From: Octopus bimaculoides
Taxonomy: Eukaryota
Reading direction: 5' to 3'
DNA: 42,771 nucleotides
Assembly (NCBI RefSeq): GCF_001194135.2
Contig: NC_069002.1
Coordinates: forward strand, 1,711,702 to 1,754,472
The translations under genes and the position numbers were made by a program. The stretch's first letter is position 1; every line of letters starts with the position of its first letter. The notes under the pieces were generated by a model that saw only the letters and a list, made by a program, of their open reading frames with translations, was not told the DNA's origin and searched no databases. Of the stretch, positions 1-11,103 are shown piece by piece.

Positions 1-147
1 TTTTTCTATACATTTAAAAGTATCCTTTTATTTCCACTTGTAGTTCTTAACTCACGTGTGTCTGCCATACCGAAGTTTATCCTGATTCGTTCACACACAC
101 ACACACACACACATGGATATACATATGTGCGTGTCTATGTGTGCATA

Positions 148-300
148 GACCCCACTGCATAACTGGTACTTTTTTTTTACATCGACTCCACTGCATAACT
201 GGTACTTATTTAATCGACCCCGAAAGGATGAAAGGCAAAGTCGACCTCGGCAGAATTTGAACTCAGAACGTAACGGCAGACGAAATACCGCCGAGCATTT
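148..300 (-). mobile_element. SINE family B copy with internal tandem duplication
   Basis: It is the reverse complement of the copy at 22554-22790 (GAGTTCAAATTC B-box, GTCGACTTTGCCTTTCATCC). A 24-nt segment is duplicated at 148-171 and 184-207. Confidence 0.85.
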
Positions 301-1094
301 CCCACATGCAGTGGGACTGAAGTGGAAGGAAGTTGGTAGAATCGCGCCAAAAATACAGGACAGCAGTAGAATGAAAATCCGGAAGTGCAACGCACATATG
401 CGAAGAATATGACCATGAAATTTGAAAGTCCCTTGACATTGCTGGTCACATTTGCGTGAGACAATCCACAAAGCATATTTGTCCCTCCTAAAATATTTAC
501 AGGTTCTATTACCTTTAGTATGTACAATAAATTGTAGTCAATGATTCACTCTTTCTACATTATGTAATTTTTTACAATATATGCTTTACGAAATTTCACA
601 AATATTGTACGTATACATATTCAAAACTACCAGCCCAAATTAGTAAAATATATTTGCTGATGTTTTTTACGAAGCTAAATCTTTGCAATCGGCTCAGAGT
701 CGCCTCCCTCGGTATCTACTACTGAAGACGGTTAACAAGCTAGAAATGCATCTACCAGTCCACAGACAGCGTTCTAAGTCGACTATGGTGTTCCAACGTA
801 TTTTTACTAAAAGCAAGAATTTCTGTAGATGTCAAACTGCAGTAAAATAGCAGTTAAAAGTTGAAATAGGTCTCAAACATATTTAAACTTAACTGTAACC
901 ATGTCCCATTATTGCTTCGCGCGACTGCTTACGCGCGCGCGCACACACATATAGAGATAGATAGATTGATGAATAGATAGATATGGATACATACATATAT
1001 ATATCTACATATATAGCTATATATATTCATACATATACATGTGGATATATATATACACACATATATATATATACATATATATATATGTGCATAC

Positions 1095-1137
<43 letters not shown>

Positions 1138-1836
1138 TGAGTGCGCTTCGACACCATCACAAGCCTTATTCAGTGCTCGGTTGGAACAGACAAGCTTTTC
1201 TTGGCTTCTTCAAAGTCCAGCAGTTGGATGACTTTATTGTTAGTTAGAATCATTTACAATGGAGACCTCGCTTGATTACAGACCGGCTCTTGTACTGTTC
1301 AATTAATTTGAGAGATGTTAAGAACGAAGGGGCGTGAGTCTATGTACACACACACACACACACATATATATATGTATATATATGTATATGTANNNNNNNN
1401 NNNNNNNNNNNNNNNNNNNNNNNNNNNNNNNNNNNNNNNNNNNNNNNNNNNNNNNNNNNNNNNNNNNNNNNNNNNNNNNNNNNNNNNNNNNNNNNNNNNN
1501 NNNNNNNNNNNNNNNNNNNNNNNNNNNNNNNNNNNNNNNNNNNNNNNNNNNNNNNNNNNNNNNNNNNNNNNNNNNNNNNNNNNNNNNNNNNNNNNNNNNN
1601 NNNNNNNNNNNNNNNNNNNNNNNNNNNNNNNNNNNNNNNNNNNNNNNNNNNNNNNNNNNNNNNNNNNNNNNNNNNNNNNNNNNNNNNNNNNNNNNNNNNN
1701 NNNNNNNNNNNNNNNNNNNNNNNNNNNNNNNNNNNNNNNNNNNNNNNNNNNNNNNNNNNNNNNNNNNNNNNNNNNNNNNNNNNNNNNNNNNNNNNNNNNN
1801 NNNNNNNNNNNNNNNNNNNNNNNNNNNNNNNNNNNN

Positions 1837-1879
<43 letters not shown>

Positions 1880-1899
1880 CGCAGCTATGGCGAGAGAAG

Positions 1900-1931
<32 letters not shown>

Positions 1932-2051
1932 AAGGGAGAAGGTGGGAGATTGTTCGGTAGATCGTTAGATTTGTGTTACAAAGTAGAGACAAATAAATAG
2001 GTTAGATAAATAGACGCACAAACAAACAAGCACACACACATATAAACACAC

Positions 2052-2096
<45 letters not shown>

Positions 2097-2174
2097 TGCA
2101 AACACTCGCTCATATAATCTAATATAGTCACAAACAACTATTTTCTGGTCATAAGTCAATAGGTATGCAATAGG

Positions 2175-2310
2175 CCCAAGTTTGGGTTTGTTAAGAAGCT
2201 CGATTTGAAACCGCAATGTGTTGAGTTCAATCCTACTTCGCTGCACCTAGGGGCAAGCTTTTCCCACGATAGCCTTGGAGAATCTGCTGCAATGAAGCGT
2301 CTCAGGTACG
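2175..2310 (+). mobile_element. Degenerate SINE family A head
   Basis: It loosely matches the family A 5' region (gttaagaagctcg...gagttcaatcc...gcacctaggggcaag...atagcc). Confidence 0.45.
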
Positions 2311-2314
2311 TTTA

Positions 2315-2385
<71 letters not shown>

Positions 2386-4115
2386 NNNNNNNNNNNNNNN
2401 NNNNNNNNNNNNNNNNNNNNNNNNNNNNNNNNNNNNNNNNNNNNNNNNNNNNNNNNNNNNNNNNNNNNNNNNNNNNNNNNNNNNNNNNNNNNNNNNNNNN
2501 NNNNNNNNNNNNNNNNNNNNNNNNNNNNNNNNNNNNNNNNNNNNNNNNNNNNNNNNNNNNNNNNNNNNNNNNNNNNNNNNNNNNNNNNNNNNNNNNNNNN
2601 NNNNNNNNNNNNNNNNNNNNNNNNNNNNNNNNNNNNNNNNNNNNNNNNNNNNNNNNNNNNNNNNNNNNNNNNNNNNNNNNNNNNNNNNNNNNNNNNNNNN
2701 NNNNNNNNNNNNNNNNNNNNNNNNNNNNNNNNNNNNNNNNNNNNNNNNNNNNNNNNNNNNNNNNNNNNNNNNNNNNNNNNNNNNNNNNNNNNNNNNNNNN
2801 NNNNNNNNNNNNNNNNNNNNNNNNNNNNNNNNNNNNNNNNNNNNNNNNNNNNNNNNNNNNNNNNNNNNNNNNNNNNNNNNNNNNNNNNNNNNNNNNNNNN
2901 NNNNNNNNNNNNNNNNNNNNNNNNNNNNNNNNNNNNNNNNNNNNNNNNNNNNNNNNNNNNNNNNNNNNNNNNNNNNNNNNNNNNNNNNNNNNNNNNNNNN
3001 NNNNNNNNNNNNNNNNNNNNNNNNNNNNNNNNNNNNNNNNNNNNNNNNNNNNNNNNNNNNNNNNNNNNNNNNNNATATATATATATATATATATATATAT
3101 AAGTGTGTGTGTGTATATTGTTTTATTCTTATTCTACACAAGAGCAGAGTCTTATTGCTGGGTCATTAAAGAACGAAACTCTAATACAAAATATAAGAAG
3201 AAGAAAAAAAGAAGCATTTGCTGATAAAAACACTTAATACTCTGATTCAGTCAATAAGCCAATAGCAGCGAAACTTAGAACTCCCACACAAACATATGTA
3301 TAATAACAATAAGGCAATTATCGCTTTAACAATCTCGACTTCAACACTTCACTCTTACCGCCAACTAACTCCTCCCACCTCAGTGTAGCGAGCAAAAATG
3401 ATTGGCTAATATAAACGTAGGTGGTGCTAGAACGGCTATTTTCCACGCCTACTCTTCTTCTTTGGCTGTAATTATTGTCATGTAAAATATGTTTAACTCC
3501 CCCTCTCTCTCTCTGTGTCTGCGTAATAACCAGCTTGTCAGTGTATATACATATGTATGAGCATGTATCAGTGTTTGTGTATGCGTCTATGTATGCGTGC
3601 GGTCATCTGGCCATGTGTGTGTGTATGTGTGTTCGTCTATAGTAACGTGCGGCAGTGTTCGTTTATTGGTTTGTGTGCGTATGTGTGTGTTTCCGCGTAA
3701 CAAAGTTCTTGTCTCGTCACAAGATTATCCAAGCTTTATCGATAGATCGATGTTTAAAGATCGCGATCATTTTTCTTTCTTTGTTTTTTTTCTTTTTCTT
3801 AGACCCAATATATCTTGGACGTCGCAACCTGATGTGTTTAACCCATGTCAGGCGACATCATTGGCACGTGAATATAAAAGCGAGAGAGAGTTCGATTCTC
3901 ACCGACGTCAATTTCTTTTTTCATGTCGATACATTATACCAGCTCTGGTCTGCGGATTGGAGGAATTACATGAGCGTCAGGTGTCTGTTTTCTTTCTTTC
4001 TTTTTTGTTTCTTTAATATTTTTCATTTTCCATTGGATTTGAATATCTGCATTCTGAGTTCAAATTCCGCCACAGGTTCCCGAGGCTTGAAATGTTCATC
4101 TGACCACGTGAGCAC

Positions 4116-4159
4116 CAGTTGGTCAACATGCAGTTGGTCAACATGCAGTTGGTCAACAT
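4116..4159. repeat. 3 x 15-bp tandem repeat (CAGTTGGTCAACATG)
   Basis: Units read directly at 4116, 4131 and 4146; the last lacks its final base. Confidence 0.95.
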
Positions 4160-4270
4160 CGGCAAATAAGCCCTAAAACCTACACAGATAAATCTGCAAT
4201 GTGATGCCGTGGCTTTCATTCAACACTGGATTAACAATGACAGATTGGAATGGAAGAGATGCCAAAATAA

Positions 4271-4600
4271 AGGTTTCACTCTCAGATTTTGCCTTTTATT
4301 CTTCCTGTAGGAATTAAAAAAAAAATATCAGACAATAAAATCGATAAAATAAGTGTCAGTTAATTCAATCGATAAGAATAAAATACCAGGTAATTTAATT
4401 GATAAAATAAAGCACCAGACAATATAATGGATGAAATTAAAGTACCAGAGCAATTTCATCGATAATTTAATTTATAAAAATCGATAATTTAATTTATGAA
4501 ATTTAAGTATCAGGACAATTGGATCTATAGGAATGAAGTACAGGACCATTGGTAAAATGAAGTACCAGCGCTACAAGCAACTAAATCGATAAAATTATAA
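4271..4600 (+). repeat. Degenerate ~29-30-bp minisatellite derived from the SINE B core (ATCGATAAAATAAGTACCAG)
   Basis: CAG unit ends fall at 4331, 4359, 4389, 4418, 4448, 4513, 4543 and 4568. The array is preceded by a B-like ttttgccttttattc segment. Confidence 0.7.
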
Positions 4601-4614
4601 TTATTTTATATATC

Positions 4615-4803
4615 GGCGCAGGAATGGCTGTAGGTGCAGCAGTGGCTGTGTGGTAAGAAGCTTGCTTCCCAACCACATTGTTCTGGGTTCAGTCCCACCG
4701 CGTGGCACCTTGGGTAAATGCTTTTACTATAGCCTCTGGCCAACCGAAGCCTTGTGAGTGGATTTGGTAGACGGAAACTGAAAGAAGCCTGTCGTATATA
4801 TAT
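4615..4803 (+). mobile_element. SINE family A, 5' half (tRNA-like head), with a duplicated 5' start
   Basis: It reads GGCTGTGTGGTAAGAAG...GGGTTCAGTCCCAC (B-box-like)...GGAAACTGAAAGAAGCC followed by (TA)n, and matches 31422-31824. Confidence 0.9.
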
Positions 4804-5224
4804 CTTGCTTTCATTTTTATCACACCTATCACGTACAAATCTTTTTTTTTTTTTCTGATTGGGTAAAAATGATCAAACTTTTAAAGGCGGTAACATTTGT
4901 AGAAAATTTGTTCCGAAAGAAATCGGATTCAACGTGAAAAAGTACATCAATATAGCAAATTTGAAAACCTTCAATTATTTTGAAAATTTCAAAGATCTAT
5001 GACACCGATATCGATGACAGCTTTTCGCGCGATAAACTTTCTCAATCTATAAAAGTATATTACTCAAACTGAGTATATTACTGTTTGTGTGTTTATCTTA
5101 TACATTCCTGTAACAAAATTTTTACTTGTTATTTTCATATTTTTAAATGCTTGCTATAGCAAGCTATTATTTTGATATGAAGACTATTTATTAGAAATAT
5201 ATCTTTTTGGACCCCACAAAGAAA

Positions 5225-5602
5225 AAAAAAATGTTCCGGATCAACTTCCAACTGTTCTTTGAGTTCACGAGACGCATTCACTCGTGACTGCTTTTGATCT
5301 TCCGTGAGCAAGCGAAGCACAAATTTTGTTGCAACTCTTTTCATTCGCAAGACCTCGCTCAAAATTCGTTGCCAGGAGCTCCAGGACACACCAGTCATAT
5401 CAACAAGTTCGCCAATTGTTCGGTGACGGTCCTCCAAGGCAAGTTCTTGAATTTTCATGATGTTTGCATTCGTTCGGGAGTTCGACGGTTACGCTGAACG
5501 AGATTGGTCCTCGGGCGAAAAGTAACCATTCCTAAAGCGTGAAAACCACTAGAAAACTTGGGCGTTGCTTATGGCAGTTGCTTTGTAAGTTGTTCGAAGC
5601 AT
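5225..5602 (-). mobile_element. Decayed mariner (Tc1/mariner) transposase fragment, N-terminal HTH region; non-functional
   Basis: The minus strand translates to NAQVF*WFSRFRNG..PEDQSRSA*PSNSRTNANIMKIQELALEDRHRTIGEL...QRILSEVLRMKRVATKFVLRLLTEDQK, which fits the mariner motifs (V.EW..RF..G, D..RSGRP, KFVPRLL for WVPHEL). It has two in-frame stops and ends before the DD34D catalytic domain. No TIRs were identified. Confidence 0.85.
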
Positions 5603-6250
5603 ATATATATATGTACGTGTGTGTAGGTGTGTGCTTGACCATCACCACTGCCACCACTACTACCACCACCACCACCACCACCACNNNNNNNNNNNNNNNN
5701 NNNNNNNNNNNNNNNNNNNNNNNNNNNNNNNNNNNNNNNNNNNNNNNNNNNNNNNNNNNNNNNNNNNNNNNNNNNNNNNNGGAAAGAGAGAGGGAGAGAG
5801 AGAGAGAGAGAGGGAGAGAGAGAGAGAGGGGGGGAGAGAGAAACAGAAAGTGTCTCGTTGATTGTGCGCGTGTTTCTGTTCAACTTTAAGAAAGGAAGTG
5901 AAACAGGGGCGCAAAAATTAAAGAAAAGCAATGCAAAAAGGTAGGGAGAGAGAGAGAGGGGGAGAGGCGGAAGCAACAGAGAAGGGGAGGATAAAGGTTT
6001 ATTGAATGAGGAGAGGAAGAGGAGTGTATGAAAGGCAAGAAGTGAAGTAAAACATTGAGACAGGTAAAGAAGGGTGAAAGAGTGATTTAGTTGTGTGAAG
6101 GCTCTGATAACAGTCAGGCAGAGGCTGTGGTTTAGAGTAGCGAGGGACGACGTTAGCAGAGAATAATGAATAAGATAGCATCTGCACACAGTAAGTGACT
6201 TGGTTTATTTAACAGTAATATATACGTATATATGTACGAGATAGTTTTGT

Positions 6251-6342
<92 letters not shown>

Positions 6343-6553
6343 CAGATAGATTTATATATAATATATATATATATACACACACACAAATATATATATATAC
6401 ATATATACATACATACATATATATATATGTGTATATGTATGTATGTATGTATGTATATATGCATAATATACTCAACAGACACATACACAAGCAGACATAG
6501 ACATACATACAATGTTTATACAAAATAAAGGTATATTAACAAAAATTTCAAGA

Positions 6554-6584
<31 letters not shown>

Positions 6585-6954
6585 NNNNNNNNNNNNNNNN
6601 NNNNNNNNNNNNNNNNNNNNNNNNNNNNNNNNNNNNNNNNNNNNNNNNNNNNNNNNNNNNNNNNNNNNNNNNNNNNNNNNNNNNGTGTGTGTGTGCATGT
6701 GTGTATGTATATATGTATATATATATTTGTTAGAGAGGTGGGTATTCTTATATATATGCTTCTGTATAATTGTATGTATATTTAACTGCTAATATTTCTA
6801 CATAAACGACGATTCATTTTCAGACGACCGTTCTTCCTGACACACAAGTCATTGTCAGGAAATTTTGCTGGAAATATACATAGGCATATCATGATTCATG
6901 TTAGTTCCACAGACCCTGTCTTCACTAAAAGACTCTTTTAATAATGTGTTAATC

Positions 6955-7142
6955 GATGGGACACACACACACAAACACACACACAAACACACACATACAC
7001 ATATATACGACGGGCTTCTTTTAGTTTCCGTCTATCAAATCCATTCGTAAGGTTCTAGTAGAGGACACGTTCCCAAGGTGCTACGCAGTGGGACTGAACC
7101 TGGAGTCGTGTAGCTGAGAAGCGAGCTTCTTACCACACAGCC
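6955..7142 (-). mobile_element. SINE family A, 5' half with internal deletion
   Basis: It is the reverse complement of the family A head (cgacgggcttctt...gcagtgggactgaacc...cttcttaccacacagcc). Confidence 0.88.
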
Positions 7143-7654
7143 ATATATATATATACATATATATATATATAGTTACATATATATATATATATATATATAT
7201 ACATACATACACATATATATTTACATANNNNNNNNNNNNNNNNNNNNNNNNNNNNNNNNNNNNNNNNNNNNNNNNNNNNNNNNNNNNNNNNNNNNNNNNN
7301 NNNNNNNNNNNNNNNNNNNNNNNNNNNNNNNNNNNNNNNNNNNNNNNNNNNNNNNNNNNNNNNNNNNNNNNNNNNNNNNNNNNNNNNNNNNNNNNNNNNN
7401 NNNNNNNNNNNNNNNNNNNNNNNNNNNNNNNNNNNNNNNNNNNNNNNNNNNNNNNNNNNNNNNNNNNNNNNNNNNNNNNNNNNNNNNNNNNNNNNNNNNN
7501 NNNNNNNNNNNNNNNNNNNNNNNNNNNNNNNNNNNNNNNNNNNNNNNNNNNNNNNNNNNNNNNNNNNNNNNNNNNNNNNNNNNNNNNNNNNNNNNNNNNN
7601 NNNNNNNNNNNNNNNNNNNNNNNNNNNNNNNNNNNNNNNNNNNNNNNNNNNNNN

Positions 7655-7695
<41 letters not shown>

Positions 7696-7879
7696 CATAC
7701 ACATATATATTTACATACATCCTTACACACTCGGCAATAATCTTTCACTCATATACATCACTCTGTGTACTCTAAGGTATAATCCTTTCTTGGTATCCCT
7801 TAGTTAAACCTTATTGTGACAACAACGATGTTACATAATTTATGGGCGTAGATATTGCAAACCTTGTCTAAAATGTGTT

Positions 7880-8290
7880 GTTTGGCCTACAAGTAATAGC
7901 AATGAAATCTCACTCAAATCACACTGAACTGTGTTTAAAAATTGATACATTAAACTGTATTTAAAAATTGATACATTAAACAATATAGTCTTAGATAGCC
8001 ATCAGCGACCTAGATATCTGGAATTAATATGAAAGAAATAATGGGATGTTGATGGATAAAGATTTGTTGTTACAAATAAATTTTGGCAACAATTAAAAAT
8101 ACTAAGCGACCTATATGGTTACTGGTTTTGCTAGAAATAGCTGAAACCTATCTAAAGAAAAGTCAGGCAAACATTGGTTAAAATGTAGTATCTGATACCA
8201 AAAAGAAAATATACAAAAGGGTGGTCACTATTGGAAATGGTTTGATCTCAGTTTTGTAGCAGCAGTGATATCCTGGGTCTAAACCTCATT
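7880..8290. repeat. Old dispersed repeat fragments, including a 2 x 26-bp tandem duplication at 7927-7978
   Basis: The 26-bp duplication aactgt(g/a)tttaaaaattgatacatta is read directly. 8215-8285 loosely matches the reverse complement of 13197-13260. Confidence 0.45.
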
Positions 8291-8317
8291 GATAACAGTA
8301 GATATATATATACGTAC

Positions 8318-8365
<48 letters not shown>

Positions 8366-8719
8366 TAAAACATAGGGCAAACAATCAGATATTAATTAAT
8401 ATCGATTTATTACCAGGAAGCTAGCACATTTAAAAAATCAGAAAGATTCAGAAACAATATCTGAGATCTTAAGGGATTCAGAGATCTCATATATTTTAAT
8501 TCCCTATAAACATATATATATACATACGTGTATATAAATATACCAGGATTTACATAGACGTCCTTACAAACACACACGCACACATATTGCGTGCGCACAC
8601 ACACACACAAACATATATTTATGTACTTACATGCAAGCATACATGCATGCATGCATATTCACATACATACATCCATGCACTCACACACACATACTTATAT
8701 ATGCACATACACATACATA

Positions 8720-8751
<32 letters not shown>

Positions 8752-9352
8752 NNNNNNNNNNNNNNNNNNNNNNNNNNNNNNNNNNNNNNNNNNNNNNNNN
8801 NNNNNNNNNNNNNNNNNNNNNNNNNNNNNNNNNNNNNNNNNNNNNNNNNNNNNNNNNNNNNNNNNNNNNNNNNNNNNNNNNNNNNNNNNNNNNNNNNNNN
8901 NNNNNNNNNNNNNNNNNNNNNNNNNNNNNNNNNNNNNNNNNNNNNNNNNNNNNNNNNNNNNNNNNNNNNNNNNNNNNNNNNNNNNNNNNNNNNNNNNNNN
9001 NNNNNNNNNNNNNNNNNNNNNNNNNNNNNNNNNNNNNNNNNNNNNNNNNNNNNNNNNNNNNNNNNNNNNNNNNNNNNNNNNNNNNNNNNNNNNNNNNNNN
9101 NNNNNNNNNNNNNNNNNNNNNNNNNNNNNNNNNNNNNNNNNNNNNNNNNNNNNNNNNNNNNNNNNNNNNNNNNNNNNNNNNNNNNNNNNNNNNNNNNNNN
9201 NNNNNNNNNNNNNNNNNNNNNNNNNNNNNNNNNNNNNNNNNNNNNNTATATATATATATATATATATATAGCATTATATTAATTTATTGTTATACCTTCT
9301 TGTATGTTTACATACATACATACATACATGCATACATACATACATACATACA

Positions 9353-9383
<31 letters not shown>

Positions 9384-9616
9384 TTACGCATAGAAACATA
9401 TGCATGTAAATTCCTCTGCTCGCGAGAGTTGCATGCATTTAATTCCAAGAGTATGACAATGTGCATTGAATGACTTTGTACTGGGTGTATATATATATAC
9501 ACACACACACATTCAGTTGGATTGCAAAGCTACAGAATATGGCACAATCCCATACACAGTCACACAAACAGATAATTCTTCCGTATACACGAGATTTTAA
9601 TAGCCCAGTAGGCATT

Positions 9617-9657
<41 letters not shown>

Positions 9658-10044
9658 TTACTGCTTTTCTATGGGATCTATTAATTAACTATATGTAAAT
9701 CATAATTATATTATATTCATAGATAATTACAAATCTACCTTACACCCTTGTTGCCTCAGCCCTACGGGTACGCAGACCCTAATCCCTCTAAACTCTAAGT
9801 CGAATCTCGGACCCTCCCCTCCAACCCCCCTCCACACTCTCAAGGAAACTAACAGATGAACCTCCTAACCCTCATAAAGTAACAAATAAATAATAGACAT
9901 AGACACACAAACATACGCACAAACATATATATGTATGTGTATGTGTATATATACACACATAGATACAAATATATATACATATATATATTTAAATACATGG
10001 CATATGTGCAGATATGAATGTGTGTGTGTGTGTACTTGTGAAAG

Positions 10045-10357
10045 AGCATGTCTCAGTGATTAGAACGTCGGGTTCACAATCATGAGGTAATGAGTTCGAT
10101 TCTGGAACCGAGCTGTGTGTTGTGTTCTTGAGCAAGGTACTTCATTTCACCTTGCTCCAGTTCACTCAGCTGTAGAAATGAATTGTGACGTCACTGGTGC
10201 CAAACTGTATCGGCCCCTTTTCCTTTCCCTTGGATAACATTAGTGGTGTGGAGAGGGGAGGCATGGTATGGATGGGCGACTGCTGGTCTTCCATAAATAA
10301 CCTTGCCCTGAACTTGTGCCTCGGAGGAGAACTTTCTAGGCGCAATCCAATGGTCAT
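10045..10357 (+). mobile_element. SINE family C variant (tRNA-like head, TTGAGCAAG central box, distinct 3' half)
   Basis: It contains GAGTTCGATTC (B-box) and tgtgttcttgagcaagg..ttcatttcaccttgctccagttcactcagctg, shared with the reverse complement of 28623-28890. Confidence 0.8.
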
Positions 10358-10701
10358 ATACATATATATATGCACACACACACACACACACACACACNNN
10401 NNNNNNNNNNNNNNNNNNNNNNNNNNNNNNNNNNNNNNNNNNNNNNNNNNNNNNNNNNNNNNNNNNNNNNNNNNNNNNNNNNNNNNNNNNNNNNNNNNNN
10501 NNNNNNNNNNNNNNNNNNNNNNNNNNNNNNNNNNNNNNNNNNNNNNNNNNNNNNNNNNNNNNNNNNNNNNNNNNNNNNNNNNNNNNNNNNNNNNNNNNNN
10601 NNNNNNNNNNNNNNNNNNNNNNNNNNNNNNNNNNNNNNNNNNNNNNNNNNNNNNNNNNNNNNNNNNNNNNNNNNNNNNNNNNNNNNNNNNNNNNNNNNNN
10701 N

Positions 10702-10742
<41 letters not shown>

Positions 10743-11058
10743 CCAACAACAACAGCAACAACATTTACAACAAAACATAATGAGGATGATTGTTAGATTC
10801 TGTGTATGTGAGGTTGGGTGTTTGTGTATTTTCGGGTGGGCGTTGGCGGTGGGGAGGATGTAATTGAAGACGGATTAAGTTAAATCTTTGGATTATCTTC
10901 AATATCATCATCGTGGGAAAAAAGGCAAAAGAAAAACACAGAAATGAAAGGTTTCGGTGACAACATTATATCGTAAGTCAACATTTACTGGCTGAGATGT
11001 GTGACATGTGTAGCTTGTGGGCCTCTGCCAGTGAGCAGGATTGTGTGTGTTCATGGGT

Positions 11059-11103
<45 letters not shown>

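Noticed and set aside
4300-4600. CRISPR-like repeat-spacer array
   Set aside because: The units are degenerate, lack unique spacers of constant length, derive from a SINE and have no cas genes nearby in a eukaryotic context.
4640-4710. tRNA genes at SINE heads (also near 22554, 28830 and 31430)
   Set aside because: A/B-box-like motifs are present but there is no complete cloverleaf, and each continues into a repeated SINE body.
9776-9895. CCCTAA-like words as an interstitial telomere
   Set aside because: There are only isolated imperfect units in a C-rich stretch.
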